Shown here in pieces: positions 19,862 to 31,118 of a stretch of DNA of 64,000 nucleotides. A program made the position numbers and the translations under genes. Below the pieces are notes generated by a model that did not search any database, was not told where the DNA came from, and saw only the letters and a list, made by a program, of their open reading frames with translations. Origin of the DNA: Anaerolineae bacterium (GTDB lineage Bacteria > Chloroflexota > Anaerolineae > UBA1429); contig OY776562.1 of the NCBI GenBank assembly GCA_963675785.1, forward strand, positions 2,880,001-2,944,000, given 5' to 3'. Within the stretch, counting starts at the first letter, position 1; each line of letters starts with the position of its first letter.

Positions 19862-22447
19862 TTAGGGTTGAATAGCCGTAAAAATGTAATCCTCACCCTT
19901 CACGTCAACCTGGACTATTTGTCCGTCGACGATCTTGCCCGTAAGTAACTCTAGGGCCAACGGATCCTGAATGCGACGCTGAATGGTTCGCTGAAGCGGG
20001 CGGGCACCATATAACGGGCTGTACCCTTCTTTTGCCAGAGCTCGGCGAGCATTCTCACTAACAGTCAATTCAATATCTCTTACAGCCAAGAGATGTTGTA
20101 GATGTTCAACCTGAATATCTACAATTTCACCCAATTGCTCTTCACTCAGTGAGTGGAACATGATCACATCATCGATTCGGTTGAGAAATTCAGGTTTAAA
20201 GTGTTGACGCAGGGCTTGCATAACACGTTCCCGCGTTGTCGGATCCTCGATATGGCCTTCGATCAGATATTGGCTACCGATATTAGAAGTCATAATGACG
20301 ACAGTGTTAGTAAAGTCGACTGTTCGGCCTTTGCCATCTGTCAACCGACCATCATCCAGTACTTGCAGCAGAATATTAAACACTTCGGCGTGCGCTTTTT
20401 CGATTTCGTCCAGTAGTACTACGCTGTATGGACGCCGACGCACGGCCTCGGAAAGTTGACCACCCTCGTCGTATCCCACATAACCAGGAGGCGCACCAAT
20501 CATTCGAGCGACGGTGTGCCGTTCTTGATACTCGCTCATGTCCAGCCGAATGAGTGCATCCTCATTATCAAAAAGGAATTCGGCAAGGGCCTTGGCCAGC
20601 TCAGTCTTACCGACACCCGTGGGCCCCATGAATAAAAAGCTGCCGATGGGGCGTTTTGAACTCTGCAAACCCGATCGTGAGCGGCGAACTGCGTTAGAAA
20701 CGGCTGAAATGGCCTGATCTTGCCCCACAACACGCTTGTGAAGACGCTCTTCCATGTGCACGAGCTTTTCGACTTCACCTTCTAGCATGCGAGAGACGGG
20801 AATACCCGTCCAATCAGCGATAATTTGGGCAATATCGTTCGGCGATACTTCTTCACGCAGCATCGAACCCTCACGGTGTTCTAGGGCTTTTTCCTTTTCG
20901 GCCAATTCTTGTTCGGCCTGTCGGATATCCGAATAGCGCAGCCGGGCGGCTTTTTCGAGATCGGCATTGCGCTCGGCCATCTCGGCCTCTGACCTTAGAT
21001 CTTCGAGTTTCGCCTTGAGCTCTTGGATGCTCTGGATTGCCTGCTGTTCCTGTTTGTACTGAGTCATCAGAACGTCGAGGATCTGCTGTTTTTCGCCCAG
21101 CTCTTCCTCGATTTTGGCCAAACGTTCCTTTGATGAGGCATCACTTTCTTGTGAAAGAGCCTGTTGCTCGATCTGCAATTGCAGAATGCGGCGCTGGGCA
21201 TCATCTACCTCTTGTGGCGAGCTATCGATCTCCATACGCAGCCGTGCGGCCGCCTCGTCCACAAGGTCGATAGCCTTATCGGGCAGATAGCGATCAGCGA
21301 TATAACGATCCGAGAGCGTTGCCGCGGCAATGAGGGCCGAATCTTGAATGCGCACACCATGGTGTACTTCGTAACGCTCTTTCAAACCGCGCAAAATGCT
21401 GATGGTTTCTTCCACCGAAGGTGCATCGACATACACCGGCTGGAAGCGTCGTGCTAGAGCAGCATCTTTTTCAATATGCTTTTGATATTCATCGAGGGTT
21501 GTTGCCCCGATGCAATTCAACTCACCCCTGGCCAAAAGCGGTTTGAGCATATTCGAAGCATCCAGCGAGCCTTCGGCTGCACCAGCACCAACTACCGTAT
21601 GCAGCTCATCAATAAAGAGGATGACTTCCCCTTCAGATGCTTGCACTTCTTTGAGGACGGCCTTGAGACGCTCTTCGAACTCGCCGCGGTATTTGGCGCC
21701 AGCGACCAACGAGCCCATATCCAGCGATAAAAGCCGACGGTCACGCAAGCCCTGAGGCACATCGCCATTGACGATGCGCATAGCCAGGCCTTCGACAATA
21801 GCCGTTTTCCCCACGCCGGCCTCTCCAACCAACACAGGGTTATTTTTGGTTCGGCGCGATAGGATTTGGATGATGCGCCGTATCTCTTGATCCCGCCCAA
21901 TGACCGGGTCCAGCTTGCCCTTTCGGGCAGCTTCGGTCAGATCCTGAGAGTATTTGGCCAGTGCCTGATAGCCACCTTCGGGATTCTGATCTGTAACACG
22001 TTGAGAACCACGAATCTTGGACAATGCCTCATATACATGATCGTGATCGATCTCATTCTTTTTCAATAGCGTTGCGACACGTCCTGTGGCAGTGGCGATG
22101 ATGCCCAGCAACAGATGCTCCGTCGAAACGTACTCGTCGTGCATGCGGTGTGCTTCTTCTTGTCCCTCTTGCAGGGCGGCACTTAGCTCTTGTGAAATGT
22201 AGCGTCGAACTGAGCCGCTCACCCTAGGAAGATCGGCAATGATACCTTGTAGTTCCTGCGTAAAGGACTGCCTGGAGACGGCCAGTTCTTTGAGCACTTC
22301 AGGCACGACGCCATCTTGTTGCTCTACCAATGCGAGAAGCAGGTGAGCGCTTTCAATATTGGGATTGGTGTGTTGTTCGGCCAGCTCTTGCGCCGCCATG
22401 ACGGCTTGCTGGGCTTTATCTGTGAATTCATTGATATTTGTTGGCAT
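19862..22447 (-). CDS. clpB: Disaggregase ClpB
   Basis: Two AAA+ modules, a long coiled-coil M domain (LRMEIDSSP...AARLRY), and no xGF loop. Confidence 0.95.
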   Translation of the reverse strand: MPTNINEFTDKAQQAVMAAQELAEQHTNPNIESAHLLLALVEQQDGVVPEVLKELAVSRQSFTQELQGIIADLPRVSGSVRRYISQELSAALQEGQEEAHRMHDEYVSTEHLLLGIIATATGRVATLLKKNEIDHDHVYEALSKIRGSQRVTDQNPEGGYQALAKYSQDLTEAARKGKLDPVIGRDQEIRRIIQILSRRTKNNPVLVGEAGVGKTAIVEGLAMRIVNGDVPQGLRDRRLLSLDMGSLVAGAKYRGEFEERLKAVLKEVQASEGEVILFIDELHTVVGAGAAEGSLDASNMLKPLLARGELNCIGATTLDEYQKHIEKDAALARRFQPVYVDAPSVEETISILRGLKERYEVHHGVRIQDSALIAAATLSDRYIADRYLPDKAIDLVDEAAARLRMEIDSSPQEVDDAQRRILQLQIEQQALSQESDASSKERLAKIEEELGEKQQILDVLMTQYKQEQQAIQSIQELKAKLEDLRSEAEMAERNADLEKAARLRYSDIRQAEQELAEKEKALEHREGSMLREEVSPNDIAQIIADWTGIPVSRMLEGEVEKLVHMEERLHKRVVGQDQAISAVSNAVRRSRSGLQSSKRPIGSFLFMGPTGVGKTELAKALAEFLFDNEDALIRLDMSEYQERHTVARMIGAPPGYVGYDEGGQLSEAVRRRPYSVVLLDEIEKAHAEVFNILLQVLDDGRLTDGKGRTVDFTNTVVIMTSNIGSQYLIEGHIEDPTTRERVMQALRQHFKPEFLNRIDDVIMFHSLSEEQLGEIVDIQVEHLQHLLAVRDIELTVSENARRALAKEGYSPLYGARPLQRTIQRRIQDPLALELLTGKIVDGQIVQVDVKGEDYIFTAIQP

Positions 22448-22474
22448 GATTTTGGGCTCCTATATGACCCTGTA

Positions 22475-23554
22475 TCAGTATCTCAAGAGCGCACCAATAT
22501 GTCCTGCATTGGCTAACTCTTGGCTATTTCTAACAACGTTAACAGTTGCATCTGTCTGTATGGCCTGGTATATGGCCTGATTGACGGCATCTGGAGTGGG
22601 CTCAATATCGGTGGAACTGCAAAATGGACATTTGACCATGATATCCGCTGAAACATAGCCGCAATCTTTACAGCGGTATCCTGGATGTGTAAATCCGGCT
22701 TCCACAAGCATGATTTGTACTTGTCCTTGCTTTAGCGCATAGAGAGTGTCCTGCAGCCCCATGGCTCCTTCGCCACCTTTGCTTGCGGCTGTGATGGCTC
22801 GTGTTACAAGGGAGAGATCTCTCTGGTGTGCAATTTCCTGAGCCAGCTCCAGTGCCAGTTCAAGCACTTTGGCTGCAGGGATGCCTATATCTGCACTAAA
22901 CTCGCCAACGATTGTATCTTTGAGTGGCGTTGGCATGAGTTCCTTGACCTGAGCAATGACACTGCTGCTGCCAGCCAGAAGAAGGTACTCAATACCACTG
23001 AATTCCATGAACGTCTGGATAGCTTCTATGGCTTGTTTTAGATTCTGCACGGCCAAGTGGTCCTCGTGCCGTTGATAATTCTGCGCAGACCAGCCGCCTT
23101 GCTTATGCCGCTTGAGTTCTTCTCCGGTAAGTTCTGTACGAGCCTGTATCTCTCCCCACGAGACCATAAAGAGACGAAGCTGTTCTTTATCGAGCAGGGC
23201 AATGCCAAATGGCGCATAGAAATCAATCAGGTTAGCTAGAATGCCCACATAGGGCTTGTCGGAAAGGTATGCTTCTGGATCGACGGATACTGGCAGGGGG
23301 ATGCTCTTCCAGAGAAAGTCTCCCGCTGAAAAAATAGCCAATCCGCGTGCCTGCCAGTCATACTCGTAATCGAGATACTTTTGGATGCGCTCGATATCGC
23401 TTTTGTCAGCTTGCAGTTTGCCCAGATGATGACGGACAATGAGCCTTACGCCGTCTTTGTTTTGATGTGCAAGGTCTGTCGGGATGTAGAGTGAGATGAC
23501 AGGGTGGTCCTGGTCATAAGACACAAGTTGTTCCAACTGCTCATGCTCGTACAT
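22475..23554 (-). CDS. Bacterial aRF1/eRF1-like release-factor homolog (baeRF-type) with C-terminal zinc ribbon
   Basis: ISLYIP, GLAIF, RHKQGGWSAQNYQR loop, LLLAG, GxV..LLV-like motif, CKDC..CPFC and GHIGALLRY terminus. Confidence 0.85.
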   Translation of the reverse strand: MYEHEQLEQLVSYDQDHPVISLYIPTDLAHQNKDGVRLIVRHHLGKLQADKSDIERIQKYLDYEYDWQARGLAIFSAGDFLWKSIPLPVSVDPEAYLSDKPYVGILANLIDFYAPFGIALLDKEQLRLFMVSWGEIQARTELTGEELKRHKQGGWSAQNYQRHEDHLAVQNLKQAIEAIQTFMEFSGIEYLLLAGSSSVIAQVKELMPTPLKDTIVGEFSADIGIPAAKVLELALELAQEIAHQRDLSLVTRAITAASKGGEGAMGLQDTLYALKQGQVQIMLVEAGFTHPGYRCKDCGYVSADIMVKCPFCSSTDIEPTPDAVNQAIYQAIQTDATVNVVRNSQELANAGHIGALLRY

Positions 23555-23589
23555 GACTACCTCCCCTTGCTAGTTATTGCCCATTTTCT

Positions 23590-24003
23590 TTATTCTGAGG
23601 CATCTTCATCAGGGTTGACCTTGATGATTTGCAGCGGCTTTACCTCAGCCGCAGCCTCCTCCAACATTTCAACGCGACGTTGAAGCCTTGCAGTCTCTTG
23701 CAGATAGCGTACCTCTGATGCTTCTAATCTGCGCTGCAAGTCATGGATGCGATCGGTCATATTGAGAATGACTTCAACGCCAGCAAGGTTCACGCCAAGT
23801 TCTTCTGTTAGGCGTGATATCTTGCGTAGCTGTTCAATGTCTGCTTGCGAATACAGCCTTTGATGGCCTGCAGTTCGAGACGGCTTTAGAAGACCTATCC
23901 GCTCATAGTATCTGAGTCGTTGCGGATGAAGGCTCACAAGCTTAGCGGCAACGCTTATCACATAGCAGGGTTCTTCTTCTGGCAGATGCTCGTCATCCAT
24001 CAT
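23590..24003 (-). CDS. hspR: Heat-shock repressor HspR (MerR family)
   Basis: EPCYVISVAAKLVSLHPQRLRYYER..PSRT.G..RLYS..D, and LGVNLAGVEVIL. Near dnaJ and clpB. Confidence 0.9.
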   Translation of the reverse strand: MMDDEHLPEEEPCYVISVAAKLVSLHPQRLRYYERIGLLKPSRTAGHQRLYSQADIEQLRKISRLTEELGVNLAGVEVILNMTDRIHDLQRRLEASEVRYLQETARLQRRVEMLEEAAAEVKPLQIIKVNPDEDASE

Positions 24004-24021
24004 GTTTGGGCTCCTGGATTT

Positions 24022-25194
24022 CTACTCTGCTGGTCTTTCTTGCAAGAGGACAGGGACATTTATGGTTTCTCCATCTCGGATGATGGTTAGCTCTACCGTA
24101 TCACCAGGCAAAGCGTTCCGAGTAAGGTAAATGAGAAGATCATCAAACTGGTTTACAGCCGTATCGTCGATAGCAATAACGACATCCCCGCCCGTCGGCA
24201 AAAGCGAACCTAGCTGTTCTACGGTATCTGTACTGGGCAGTAAACCTGCTTCTTCCGCTGGGCTTCCTGCAGCAATGCTCAGCACAATGGCACCCTTGGT
24301 ATTATCTAATCCCAGGCTTTCTGCCTGGGCCGGATAAAGGTCCATACCAGTTACGCCCAGCCAGGGGTACTTGAATTCGCCGTATTCAATCAATGAAGGT
24401 GCCACTCGTTTGAGCGTGTTGATGGGCACTGCAAAGCCCACTCCTCCAGATGTGCCACTGGTCGAATTAATGGCCGTATTGATGCCGATGACTGCGCCTG
24501 TTCTATCGAGCAGTGGTCCGCCCGAATTGCCCACATTGATGGCGGCGTCGGTCTGAATCATCTCGGGAATAGAAAACTGGCCCGAGATCGCCTCGGACGA
24601 ATGACCGATTTGTAATGTCCGACTAAGGGCGCTGACGATGCCAGTTGTCATGGTGCCTGCAAAGCCAAAGGGATTGCCTATGGCGATGGTTTGTTGACCA
24701 ACTTGTACCTGGTCTGAATCAGCTAAAGGTAGTGCGACCAGATTAGCCGCGTTAGGATCGATCTGAATAATGGCGAGGTCAGAGTCAGGGTCTGTTCCCA
24801 GTGTCTCTGCCTCTAGCTTGGTACCATCGTAAAAAGTGACGAGTATTTCGGTGGCGCGCTCAACAACGTGATTATTGGTGGCGATATAGCCATGTTCTGC
24901 GTCTAGTACAAAGCCAGAACCTTGACCCTGTTCAATCACGGTTTCTCCGGCATCCAAAAGCTCGGTTAGTTCGGAAGGCCGCACGATTTCTATGGTAACC
25001 ACGCCCTCAATGACACGTTCATACAGACCGATAAGATCAGTCTCTTCCGGCGTCTCTGCGGCCGCTGTTTGCTCTGCAGTGGGCAGCGGCGTGGCATAGG
25101 TTAGGACACTTGTAACACTGCTGGGTGGACTGCAAGAGACGGTTGTAAGAACAAGCACCACGGCGATGAGAAGAAAGGCGAGTTTGTTTCTCAT
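24022..25194 (-). CDS. htrA: HtrA/DegP-family serine protease with PDZ domain, probable lipoprotein
   Basis: TNNHVV, SDLAI and GNSGGP triad, a PDZ domain, and signal MRNKLAFLL...TTVSC (lipobox-like). Confidence 0.9.
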   Translation of the reverse strand: MRNKLAFLLIAVVLVLTTVSCSPPSSVTSVLTYATPLPTAEQTAAAETPEETDLIGLYERVIEGVVTIEIVRPSELTELLDAGETVIEQGQGSGFVLDAEHGYIATNNHVVERATEILVTFYDGTKLEAETLGTDPDSDLAIIQIDPNAANLVALPLADSDQVQVGQQTIAIGNPFGFAGTMTTGIVSALSRTLQIGHSSEAISGQFSIPEMIQTDAAINVGNSGGPLLDRTGAVIGINTAINSTSGTSGGVGFAVPINTLKRVAPSLIEYGEFKYPWLGVTGMDLYPAQAESLGLDNTKGAIVLSIAAGSPAEEAGLLPSTDTVEQLGSLLPTGGDVVIAIDDTAVNQFDDLLIYLTRNALPGDTVELTIIRDGETINVPVLLQERPAE

Positions 25195-25198
25195 GGTG

Positions 25199-26155
25199 TT
25201 ACTTTCTAAGTTCCGCAAGCTCACGGTATAGTTCCTTTTCGCGTTCAGTGAGTGATTCTGGGATCTTGGCCACAATGGTAACCAGGAGATCCCCCTTCTT
25301 TTTGGGATGCTTTACGACAGGCATGCCCTGCCCGCGCAATCTAAATACGCGCCCCGAGGCTGTTTCTGGCGGAATACGTAGCGCTAACTTGCCTTTGAGC
25401 GTTGGAATTGTGGCTTCCCCGCCAAGAATGAGGGTGTATAGATCAACCATTGTCGTGGTGCGTAGATCGTCGCCATCCCGTTCAAATTGGGGGTGAGGCC
25501 GGACTTGAACGACAAGATGCAGATCGCCCTTGGATCCCCCATTGAAACCCGATTGACCTTCTCCGGCAATACGCACGCGTGATCCTGTTCTAACACCGGC
25601 CGGTATTTGTACTTCGATTTTACGTGATCCCGTATCAATAACGCGATGTGTACCTTCAAAGGCCTCTTCCAGGGTTATCTCGACAGGCAGTTCGGTGTTT
25701 TGTCCCTCGCTCATCTGGTTAAACCCCGAACGGGTTCGTGTTCTGCCAGAGTTTGTGGATCCAGCGCCACCAAACAGGCTCTCAAAGAACTCGGAAAAGG
25801 GATCTCCTCCACCCATACCACCTGCGCCCGTTGTTGTATAGGTATAGGTTTGTCGCGTGCCACCAGGTGCGGCCCCGCCGAACCATTGGCCCCAATCAAA
25901 ATTTCCAGGATCTGCTCCCGTGTTTTGATAGTCACGCCAACTGGAGCCCAGCTGGTCGTACTTTTGGCGCTTTTCAGGGTCAGTCAGTACCTCGTTAGCT
26001 TCATTTATTTCTTTAAAGCGTTCTTCAGCCGCTTTATTGTTAGGGTTGACATCCGGGTGGTACTTGCGCGCTAGCTTACGATAGGCCTTGCGAATATCCT
26101 CCGTGCTAGCATCGCGTTCTACACCCAGGGTTTTGTAATAGTCCTTGTATTCCAT
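25199..26155 (-). CDS. dnaJ: DnaJ-class co-chaperone lacking the zinc finger (CbpA-like, class II)
   Basis: KDYY..LG, HPD, G/F-rich linker and DnaJ C-terminal domain. No CxxCxGxG repeats. Confidence 0.88.
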   Translation of the reverse strand: MEYKDYYKTLGVERDASTEDIRKAYRKLARKYHPDVNPNNKAAEERFKEINEANEVLTDPEKRQKYDQLGSSWRDYQNTGADPGNFDWGQWFGGAAPGGTRQTYTYTTTGAGGMGGGDPFSEFFESLFGGAGSTNSGRTRTRSGFNQMSEGQNTELPVEITLEEAFEGTHRVIDTGSRKIEVQIPAGVRTGSRVRIAGEGQSGFNGGSKGDLHLVVQVRPHPQFERDGDDLRTTTMVDLYTLILGGEATIPTLKGKLALRIPPETASGRVFRLRGQGMPVVKHPKKKGDLLVTIVAKIPESLTEREKELYRELAELRK

Positions 26156-26184
26156 ACACCCGCTCCACACATTTGAGTACCATG

Positions 26185-26213
26185 ATTATAAGCACGAAAA
26201 GGCCACAAGTCAA
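26185..26213 (-). promoter_or_regulatory. Sigma70-type promoter for the dnaJ-htrA-hspR-clpB operon
   Basis: TTGACT-17 bp-TATAAT on the minus strand. Confidence 0.75.
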
Positions 26214-26215
26214 GC

Positions 26216-26239
26216 AACTTGTTAATAGGCAGTCAAGTT
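26216..26239. promoter_or_regulatory. HAIR-like inverted repeat (candidate HspR operator)
   Basis: AACTTG-N12-CAAGTT. The minus strand reads CTTGACT-N7-AACAAG versus HAIR CTTGAGT-N7-ACTCAAG. Lies between the divergent promoters. Confidence 0.45.
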
Positions 26240-26266
26240 TAGTTACTGTTAATTGTGAAAAAAGTA

Positions 26267-26295
26267 TTGACAGCATATATCAATGGTGCTATCAT
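26267..26295 (+). promoter_or_regulatory. Sigma70-type promoter for the hsp20 pair
   Basis: TTGACA-17 bp-TATCAT with an extended TG. Confidence 0.8.
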
Positions 26296-26355
26296 CTCAA
26301 TTGAGAGATTTGAGCGAGAGTTCATGACTCTCTAGATCAAGTTTGGAGGTGCTTT

Positions 26356-26757
26356 ATGAGTAGCCTTGTGAGATTCGATCCTTTTAGTGATGTGGGCGTT
26401 GCCCGCCTGGGCACGCGCGCGGCTTCTTCTCTTGGAGTAGCTCTGGATATGTACGAGATCTCGGACGGCATTGTGGTTGAAGTGGCCATCCCAGGCATTG
26501 ACCCCGACGACATAGAGATTTCTGTAGTCGGTGATGATCTTACTATCAAGGGCGAATTCAAGGAAGAATCCGACCAAGAGGGACGTCAGTACTTTGTGCG
26601 CTCGCGCCGTTTTGGTGAGTTTTCACGCATGATTTCGCTGCCTGCATATGTTGATGCTTCCAAGACCACAGCCAGCTATGATAAGGGCGTTCTCAAGTTG
26701 GACGTCCCCCGTCGTGAAGAAACCAAGCCACGTCAGATTCAAGTCAAGATCAAGTAG
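26356..26757 (+). CDS. Small heat shock protein Hsp20
   Basis: Alpha-crystallin domain (PGIDPDDI, FGEFSR, ASYDKGVL) and a C-terminal IQV motif. GGAGG SD. Confidence 0.92.
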   Translation: MSSLVRFDPFSDVGVARLGTRAASSLGVALDMYEISDGIVVEVAIPGIDPDDIEISVVGDDLTIKGEFKEESDQEGRQYFVRSRRFGEFSRMISLPAYVDASKTTASYDKGVLKLDVPRREETKPRQIQVKIK

Positions 26758-26769
26758 GAGGAATTCAAC

Positions 26770-27219
26770 ATGTCTATGACACGTTGGGAACCATTTAGGG
26801 ATTTGATTACGCTTCGTGATGCCATGGATCGGATATTTGATGAGAACTATGTACGTCCGGGTGCTCGTTGGACAACTTCCCAGGGCGAGCAGTATTGCAG
26901 TTTGCCGATCGACATCTATACCACCGGGGAAGAGATTGTAATTCAGGCCTCAGTGCCTGGTCTCGATCCCGAAAAAGTGGACATCACACTAGAAGGTGAT
27001 ACGCTCACGATCAAGGGGGAGGTTGCAGGCCCTCTCGAGAATGTGAACTATGTGATTCAGGAAATGCCTTGTGGCAAGTTCCAGCGTACCTTGCGATTGA
27101 ACGTGCCCATCGAGGCAGAAAAGGCTGAGGCCAGCTTTGACAAGGGCGTTCTGACTCTGGTCGTTCCAAAGCAGGAAGAGATCCGGCCCAAGACCATCAA
27201 AGTGTCGACCAAGGAGTAA
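26770..27219 (+). CDS. Small heat shock protein Hsp20
   Basis: RWEPFRDL, PGLDPEKV, GKFQRT, ASFDKGVL and IKV motif. Confidence 0.93.
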   Translation: MSMTRWEPFRDLITLRDAMDRIFDENYVRPGARWTTSQGEQYCSLPIDIYTTGEEIVIQASVPGLDPEKVDITLEGDTLTIKGEVAGPLENVNYVIQEMPCGKFQRTLRLNVPIEAEKAEASFDKGVLTLVVPKQEEIRPKTIKVSTKE

Positions 27220-27256
27220 CGACATTTTGATGTTTGACAAGAGAATAGCATATTGC

Positions 27257-27290
27257 AAGTTCCCGAGGCTGCTGTCTCGGGAACTTTTTT
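27257..27290 (+). terminator. Intrinsic terminator after the hsp20 genes
   Basis: AAGTTCCCGAG..CTCGGGAACTT stem followed by a T-run. Confidence 0.8.
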
Positions 27291-27795
27291 ACGAGTTTTG
27301 TTCAAATAGATAGGATCGAAGTGACTTTATTTGCCAGGTCATCGGGCCTGCTAACAACCCCTCTTTGGACATGATCTCTAGCTCACTTGGGGAAACCCAC
27401 TTGGCGGCAACTGTTTCTCCTTCTTGCAGAGCGAGATTTCCGATAGAGACATCTTTACGGACCAGATAGAGATCTACAAAAACGTCAAGACCCTTTTTGA
27501 CAGTCAGCAAGGTAAGATCGCATTGATTGATCGTGATTCCCGTTTCTTCTTGTAATTCGCGTACTGCGCCCTCTGTGCTGCTTTCTCCAGCGAGAACAGA
27601 ACCCCCAGTGTTTTCCCATGTGTTTGGCCAGGGCTCTTTGTACGGATCTCGTAGCGTTAGGAGAATCTGCTCCTCACTGTTAATTGTCCATATATTTACG
27701 ACGATGTGACGCTCGCCTTCCTTGAGCACAATTCCTCTGGGGTGTGTCCTATCGAGCGGATGCCTTTTCTCATCATATAAATCCCAAAATTCCAT
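27289..27795 (-). CDS. NUDIX hydrolase
   Basis: Nudix box GGSVLAGESSTEGAVRELQEETGI. Likely start MEFWDLYD. Confidence 0.85.
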   Translation of the reverse strand: MEFWDLYDEKRHPLDRTHPRGIVLKEGERHIVVNIWTINSEEQILLTLRDPYKEPWPNTWENTGGSVLAGESSTEGAVRELQEETGITINQCDLTLLTVKKGLDVFVDLYLVRKDVSIGNLALQEGETVAAKWVSPSELEIMSKEGLLAGPMTWQIKSLRSYLFEQNS

Positions 27796-27898
27796 AGTTT
27801 GACCTCGTCTTGAGCCAGCACGTTGCCTGAGCATATCATTTCATAGGTCGAAAGGCTATTCTATCTGAGGCGCAGATGCTGTTACTTTGTATGGGCAT

Positions 27899-27932
27899 AA
27901 AAAAGGGGCAGGTGCATTTGCACCTGCCCCTT
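27899..27932 (-). terminator. Intrinsic terminator after groEL
   Basis: AAGGGGCAGGTGC / GCACCTGCCCCTT stem, with an A6 run on + (U-tract on -). Confidence 0.85.
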
Positions 27933-27959
27933 GAGGAGGATCTTTGAGCTAATTGAGAA

Positions 27960-29926
<1,967 letters not shown>

Positions 29927-29956
29927 TTTGACTAACCTCCACTATTTTCTTCTATC

Positions 29957-29983
29957 TTAGCAGTCATGATAACCGAGTGCTAA
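29957..29983. promoter_or_regulatory. CIRCE element (HrcA operator)
   Basis: TTAGCAGTC-N9-GAGTGCTAA, one mismatch to TTAGCACTC-N9-GAGTGCTAA, directly upstream of groES. Confidence 0.92.
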
Positions 29984-29994
29984 GCACAAGCGGT

Positions 29995-30023
29995 ACTATA
30001 CACCAATGAGCGGAGTGTGGCAA
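29995..30023 (-). promoter_or_regulatory. Sigma70-type promoter of groESL
   Basis: TTGCCA-17 bp-TATAGT on the minus strand, just upstream of CIRCE. Confidence 0.7.
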
Positions 30024-30042
30024 ATGGTTTTTTACAAGTGCT

Positions 30043-30071
30043 TTGACATTGTTGTTACGAGTCGGTAGAAT
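30043..30071 (+). promoter_or_regulatory. Sigma70-type promoter for methyltransferase-dnaN-recF
   Basis: TTGACA-17 bp-TAGAAT. Confidence 0.7.
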
Positions 30072-30120
30072 CGTCGTGATATACAATGTGGAATAGATAA
30101 CAGTAACTTGACATAACGAA

Positions 30121-30136
30121 TGTTTAACGTGAAACA
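30121..30136. promoter_or_regulatory. parS centromere-like site (ParB binding)
   Basis: TGTTTAACGTGAAACA is 15/16 identical to TGTTTCACGTGAAACA. Flanked by AA/TT, extending the palindrome. Confidence 0.75.
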
Positions 30137-30151
30137 TTGAGAGTGATAAAC

Positions 30152-31048
30152 ATGGTAGATGGCTATCAGCCGCCGATCTGTGATTATGAAGGAAGTACCT
30201 ATCGTACCGACTTTTGGGAGGGGCAAGGTCGCGAATACGAGGATGGAGCTGAGCGTCGTGCTTTGGCTCGTCTTTTGCCTCCCTGTGGGAGGCGCCTTGT
30301 AGATATTGGTGCGGGTTTTGGGCGATTGGCTGACGCGTATGATGGCTATGACCATGTAATTTTGATGGATTACTCGCGTTCTCAGCTGGAATTTGCTCGT
30401 TCGCGGCTGGGTGATGAGCGCTTTACGTATGTGGCTGCGGATATCTACCGCTTGCCTTTAGCTGCCAATGCGGTAGATACGGCTGTTATGGTTCGAGTGC
30501 TGCATCATCTGGTAGATCCTGTGCGGGCTTTTTGTCACATTCATCGCATCGTTAGGCCCGCTGGCACTTTTGTGCTTGAGTATGCCAACAAACGCCATCT
30601 AAAGAACGTCGCGCGCTACGTTCTTGGTAAGGGAGTGAGCCCCTTTTCGCGCAATCCTTACGAGTTTGCGCCTTTGCATTATGATTATCATCCCCGTTGG
30701 GTGACCAATCGCCTTCGAGAAGCAGGTTTTGAGCCTGGGAAGAGGTTGGCTGTGTCGTCTTTGCGCGTGAATGCACTCAAGAACAACATCCCAACGGATG
30801 CATTGGTCGATGTGGATGCCTTTTTGCAACCCTTGCTGGCGCCTTGTGTCCCGAGTCCCAGTGTTTTTGTACGCAATAGAGTCCGCAAGGATGGGGATTT
30901 GGCACTGGCCCCCGCAGATCAGATTTTTGCCTGCCCTGAATGCGGCTATTCGCCGCTGATCAGGGAGGGTGATGAGATGGTTTGCCCAACCTGTTCCCGC
31001 CGTTACCGTATCGAAAACGGCGTCTATATCTTTAAAGAGCAGGAATAG
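30152..31048 (+). CDS. Class I SAM-dependent methyltransferase with C-terminal Trm112-like zinc knuckle
   Basis: VDIGAGFGR, MDYS and VRVLHH motifs. C-terminal ACPEC...CPTCSRRYRIENGV. Start uncertain (TTG 30137 or ATG 30152). Confidence 0.8.
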   Translation: MVDGYQPPICDYEGSTYRTDFWEGQGREYEDGAERRALARLLPPCGRRLVDIGAGFGRLADAYDGYDHVILMDYSRSQLEFARSRLGDERFTYVAADIYRLPLAANAVDTAVMVRVLHHLVDPVRAFCHIHRIVRPAGTFVLEYANKRHLKNVARYVLGKGVSPFSRNPYEFAPLHYDYHPRWVTNRLREAGFEPGKRLAVSSLRVNALKNNIPTDALVDVDAFLQPLLAPCVPSPSVFVRNRVRKDGDLALAPADQIFACPECGYSPLIREGDEMVCPTCSRRYRIENGVYIFKEQE

Positions 31049-31118
31049 AAAACGATCCATTTCCTGATTTCGAATTTGCCCACTGAATCGCATTCAACCA
31101 GTTTTAGGAGGAAGGTCA

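Noticed and set aside
30024-30151. Possible oriC in the AT-rich region upstream of dnaN
   Set aside because: Only one weak DnaA-box-like 9-mer (TGTGGAATA, two mismatches) and no box cluster or dnaA.
30152-31048. Trm112-fused MTase as a methylator of the nearby aRF1-like protein
   Set aside because: It lacks the NPPY motif of HemK/Mtq2 enzymes, the putative target has GGW, and the genes are in different operons.
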